DNA of 62,507 nucleotides, filler included, from Bonamia ostreae (Eukaryota): NCBI GenBank assembly GCA_040357525.1. It is 16 parts of 16 records of this genome, joined end to end, with 100 filler letters (N's around TTAATTAATTAA, not from the genome) between each part and the next. Parts side by side here need not be neighbours in the genome. Positions count along the whole stretch, not along the records: positions 58,716 to 62,507 come from JBDODL010000427.1; 15 more parts are not named here. One strand, 5' to 3'. Shown piece by piece: positions 58,716 to 62,507 of this stretch (position 1 is its first letter; each line of letters starts with the position of its first letter). The notes under the pieces were generated by a model. It saw only the letters and a program-made list of their open reading frames with translations, ran no database searches and was not told where the DNA came from. The position numbers and the translations under genes were made by a program.

Positions 58716-61700
58716 AAAGAAGTTGAAAAATTTTTTCATTCGGCTCAAAACAAAAATCTGTTTTTCAGCGAATTGAAACGAGTTTTTTCTTACAACAGAA
58801 ATCTGTTACCGGCGGAACTTTTTTTCGAGTTGGACAACTTTTTAAAAGAGTTGGCCAAATTGGATCAAAGCGACGAATTTAATATTAAAAAACTTAAAAC
58901 GATTGTTGAACGTCATCGCTACAAAGACAATGACAAATTGAAAGAATTTTTAAACGTTTTCGATCAAATAATTTTAATTGCGACTATTTTTCGAAAAATC
59001 AAAATTAAAAAAATAAATCGAAAATTTAAAAAGAAAATAGACTCAATTGTGCACAAATACAGAAACGGAAATTCATTTTATTGTTTTTCGATCGTCAAAG
59101 ACTTCTTACAACAAATTGCCAATTCGGAACAACCCTTTTTAAGGAGTTCTTTTAGTAGCGCAATTTCAGATTTGTGCAAATTGGAGCACAACATCGAAAC
59201 GAAAAACGGCGATTTTGAGGAAATAATTTCGAAAACTCGTTCGCATTTCAATTCCAGTCTTAAAAATCAGCTGGCAGTCAATCTCTTGGAGAAACTGAGT
59301 TTTGAGAATTATAAACACGACAAAAATGGCGAATTTGCAAAAATTTGTAAAAATCTGTCAAAATTGCCAAAAGAAAAATATTCCGAAACGGTCTTAAAAA
59401 GCAGAAAAATATATCTTGAACTAAAATTTAATTTGGACAAGGTTTCCAAACTTCGAATCGAATTTCTGGAAAATCAAACTGGCTACAGATTTAATGGCGA
59501 CGTTGCTATAGAAAATGGCGACATAAAACAAAAATTCGGCCAATTTTTGCGTCAATTCGAATATTTTTTGATTTCAGAAAAATGTCCAATTTTTGCAGAA
59601 ACAAAAAATATTCTCGTTTTGAACGCAATAAAATCGGACGACGAAGCTAATTTTGAAAAATTTCAAAAAATAATCGAAAACGTTTTTAAAGCTAAAAACG
59701 ACAAAATGAAACGTCTCAGTCTTAAGAAGATAATAATAAAATATGGGACGTCTCAAATTTGTTATAAAAACGTTACTGGATTTAAATGGGAGAGACAGAA
59801 AGAATTGCATAAACAGAACAACAACGAACCAAAATTAGAAAATAATGTCGATTTTGCCAAAATAAAGAATGGACCTGGAAACAAAAGATTTTATTCAAAA
59901 TCTGTCCTGAAAAACGGAAAAAATGACCAAATCGATATAGCGACAAAAAGAAAAATGGCAGAAAAGCTTAAAACTACTTTTTACAAAGATTTTCTAACGT
60001 TGTTTAAAACGGCAATGTCTGATTTTTCCGATTTAAAAAGCAAAAGCGATTTTGGCTATGAAGAATATTTTTTATCTGCCGATAAAAAGGAAATGATCGC
60101 GTCATCAAAACATTGTCGCAAAGAAATATTAACAAATTGCGGTGTAAAAGTTTTTAAGCTTCGTTTCGGATTCTCTTCAAAAAATATTGTTTTTAATTAT
60201 TTTTTGTTTTTAATGACTATTTTACTAACTTTTCAGTCGTTTCGTCATTTACGTTAATCACAAAATTTTGCAAAAAAAGACTGCGATGTTAATAGTCAAC
60301 GATTTAACGCACAAATACGGAAGTTTTAGCTTAGACGAATCAGATTTGTTTTGTTTGGCCTCAAAAAAATCTCGAACTGAGAAACTGCCTTTGATTTACA
60401 TATCCGCCAATTCCGGAGCGAAAATTGGCGTGGCCGACGAAATTTGGGTTTTTTATCAAAATTTATATTTTCGCATTTATTTCAGTTTCTGTCAAAAATT
60501 GCGATAATGGAACTAATCGAACATTATTTAATCAAAAACAAAGAACAAAATGAGAGTTTGCGCTAAAGAAATGTATCTTTACTTATACAAAGAAGACGCA
60601 GAAAACATGAAAAATCATATTGAGGGAACAATAGTGCACAACAAAGAAGAAAACAAGGCCGTGTTTAAATTAAGCGCGATCATCGGGAAAGAGAAAGGGA
60701 TTGGCGTAGAAAACTTGTCAGCAAGCGGCGCTATCGCAAGTGAAATGGCCCAAGCATACGAAGAGACGTTTACTTTGAGTTACGTAACCGGGCGATCTGT
60801 TGGAATAGGGGCTTATCTGGTGCGTTTGGGGCGAAGAGTAATCCAAAACAAGAACGCTGCGATTCTTTTAACTGGTTTCAACGCGCTTAACAAAATTTTG
60901 GGGGATAATATTTACACTTCAAATCTTCAGGTTTGTTTAATTTTCGCTTTTTTCCGTCCATTTTCGCTATTTTGTCTAAAAACAAATTTTCTTTTTTATC
61001 GTCCATTTTGACAATCTTGTCTAAAAAAAATTTTATGTCGTCCATTTTCGCTATTTTGCCTAAAAACAAATTTTCTTTTTTATCGTTCATTTTGACAATT
61101 TATCCTTAAAAGATTGGTGGCCCCAAAATAATGTCTCCATGCGGCATAACCCATTTAGTCGTCGAAGACGACATGAAAGGAATTTTTGAAATCGTCCGGT
61201 GGCTAAATTACCTCCCACACAAATCAGATTTATTTAAAAACGATTTCATTACAACGAAAAACAGCAAAATAGACGAATTTAAATCTTACACTCCATTTGA
61301 AGTAATCGAAACCATTTTCGATCCTTCGAGTTTCAAAGAATATCTGGGCGATTGGGCCAAATCCGTCATTATCGGCCGCGCCAGATTAGGCGGAATTCCA
61401 GTGGGCGTCATCACTTCGGAAATGCAAAAATCAAATAAAATCGTCCCGGCTGATCCAGCTGTTAACGAATCGAGAGAAACCGTTATTTCTCGCGCGGGCC
61501 AAGTTTGGTATCCCGAATCTTCTCAAAAAACTGCAGCCGCTTTAAGGGATTTCACACGTGAAAATTTGCCCATTTTTGTGCTCGCAAATTGGCGGGGCTT
61601 TTCTGGAGGAATGAGAGATATGTTTGATGAAGTGCTTAAAACTGGTGCTGAGATTGTTTGTGCACTTAAAGAGTTTTTATATTTTTTCAATTAGACCAAT

Positions 61701-62507
61701 TCTCTCAAATTGCAGTACAAATATTTTAAAATCAATTTTCAAAAATTCTAACAACAAAAATTATGATAAAAGGTGCAAAAAACCGGTATTTGTCTATCTT
61801 TCCCCAAAAGCAGAACTAAGAGGAGGTGCTTGGGTAGTTCTAGACTCCAAAATAAACCCGTCTGTGATAGAAACTTATTCTTCTAAAAGTGCTCGGAGCG
61901 GCATTTTGGAAGCAGAAGGAACACTAGACGTAAAAATAAAAGAACTGCGAATAGAAAATTTGGCGAGGAGATTGGACGCAGTTCTGAGCAGCAAGGAGAC
62001 CCGGTGTGACCAAGAAAAAATCAGAAAAAGAGAAAAACAGATATTCCCGATTTACAGAAAAGCTGCCGTGGAATTTGTAGACTTGCATGATAGACCCGAA
62101 AGAATGCTAAAAGTTGGTGTTGTGCGAAAAATAGTTCCTTTTGGGGAAGCAAGAAGCTTTTTCCGCAAAAGACTGTGCTTTAAACTTAAAGAAATGGAAA
62201 TGGTGGATAAAATAAAGATTTTGGAAAACATTTCGTTTGAAGAGGCTGTGGAGGTGTTTAGAAGTTATTTGAAAAACAAAAAAATATGCTTTGAAGTTGA
62301 CACAAAATGCTTTGAGAAAATGGAAGAGGACTTTGAAAGTTTTTTGGCTAAAAGAGAGGAAAAGCAATTGCTTTTGAAAATAGAAAAATCTGTTTATTTG
62401 GACAAAAAAACGAAGAATGATTTGGAAATTATTTTAAAGCAAAATTGTAATTTTTTTATTTTATGTGACAACAAAATTTTTTTCTACGTGACAATCAAAT
62501 TTTTTTT
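58716..62507 (+). CDS. ACC1: Eukaryotic-type acetyl-CoA carboxylase, central and carboxyltransferase domains (partial)
   Basis: NDLTHKYGSF, ANSGAKIG, GVENLSASGAIA, VTGRSVGIGAYLVRLG, NLQ|IGGPKIM, ANWRGFSGGMRDMF, ELRGGAWVVLD, DLHD. Confidence 0.95.

Overview
This window is not one locus. It is 16 unrelated ~3.8-kb scaffolds (1-3832, 3933-7759, 7860-11686, 11787-15612, 15713-19536, 19637-23457, 23558-27373, 27474-31285, 31386-35197, 35298-39108, 39209-43018, 43119-46925, 47026-50828, 50929-54723, 54824-58615, 58716-62507), sorted by decreasing length and joined by an artificial N44-TTAATTAATTAA-N44 linker. Most come from a compact, AT-rich eukaryotic microbe using the standard genetic code, with divergent housekeeping genes (VPS36, LEO1, SKP1, ADSL, eRF1, HAT1, SmD3, PIG-O, PRP18, TAF1, LYAR, NFX1-like, ACC and others). 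One scaffold (50929-54723) looks like metazoan host DNA. My inference is a protist parasite of an invertebrate, possibly a Bonamia-like ascetosporean; this is unconfirmed. Three observations stand out. (1) The genes are split by many 19-36-nt GT-AG introns that mostly start GTT(T) and end in an A-rich tract, often AAG, with no polypyrimidine tract; other introns are inflated by private tandem repeats. (2) A U1 snRNA gene is present, and its standard pairing sequence fits these donors poorly. (3) An unassigned ~520-nt structured RNA-like element lies at 36945-37470, with a kink-turn and GNRA/UUCG hairpins; its core has a diverged homologue on another scaffold at 45965-46135. Gene models were spliced by hand and coordinates are approximate where noted.
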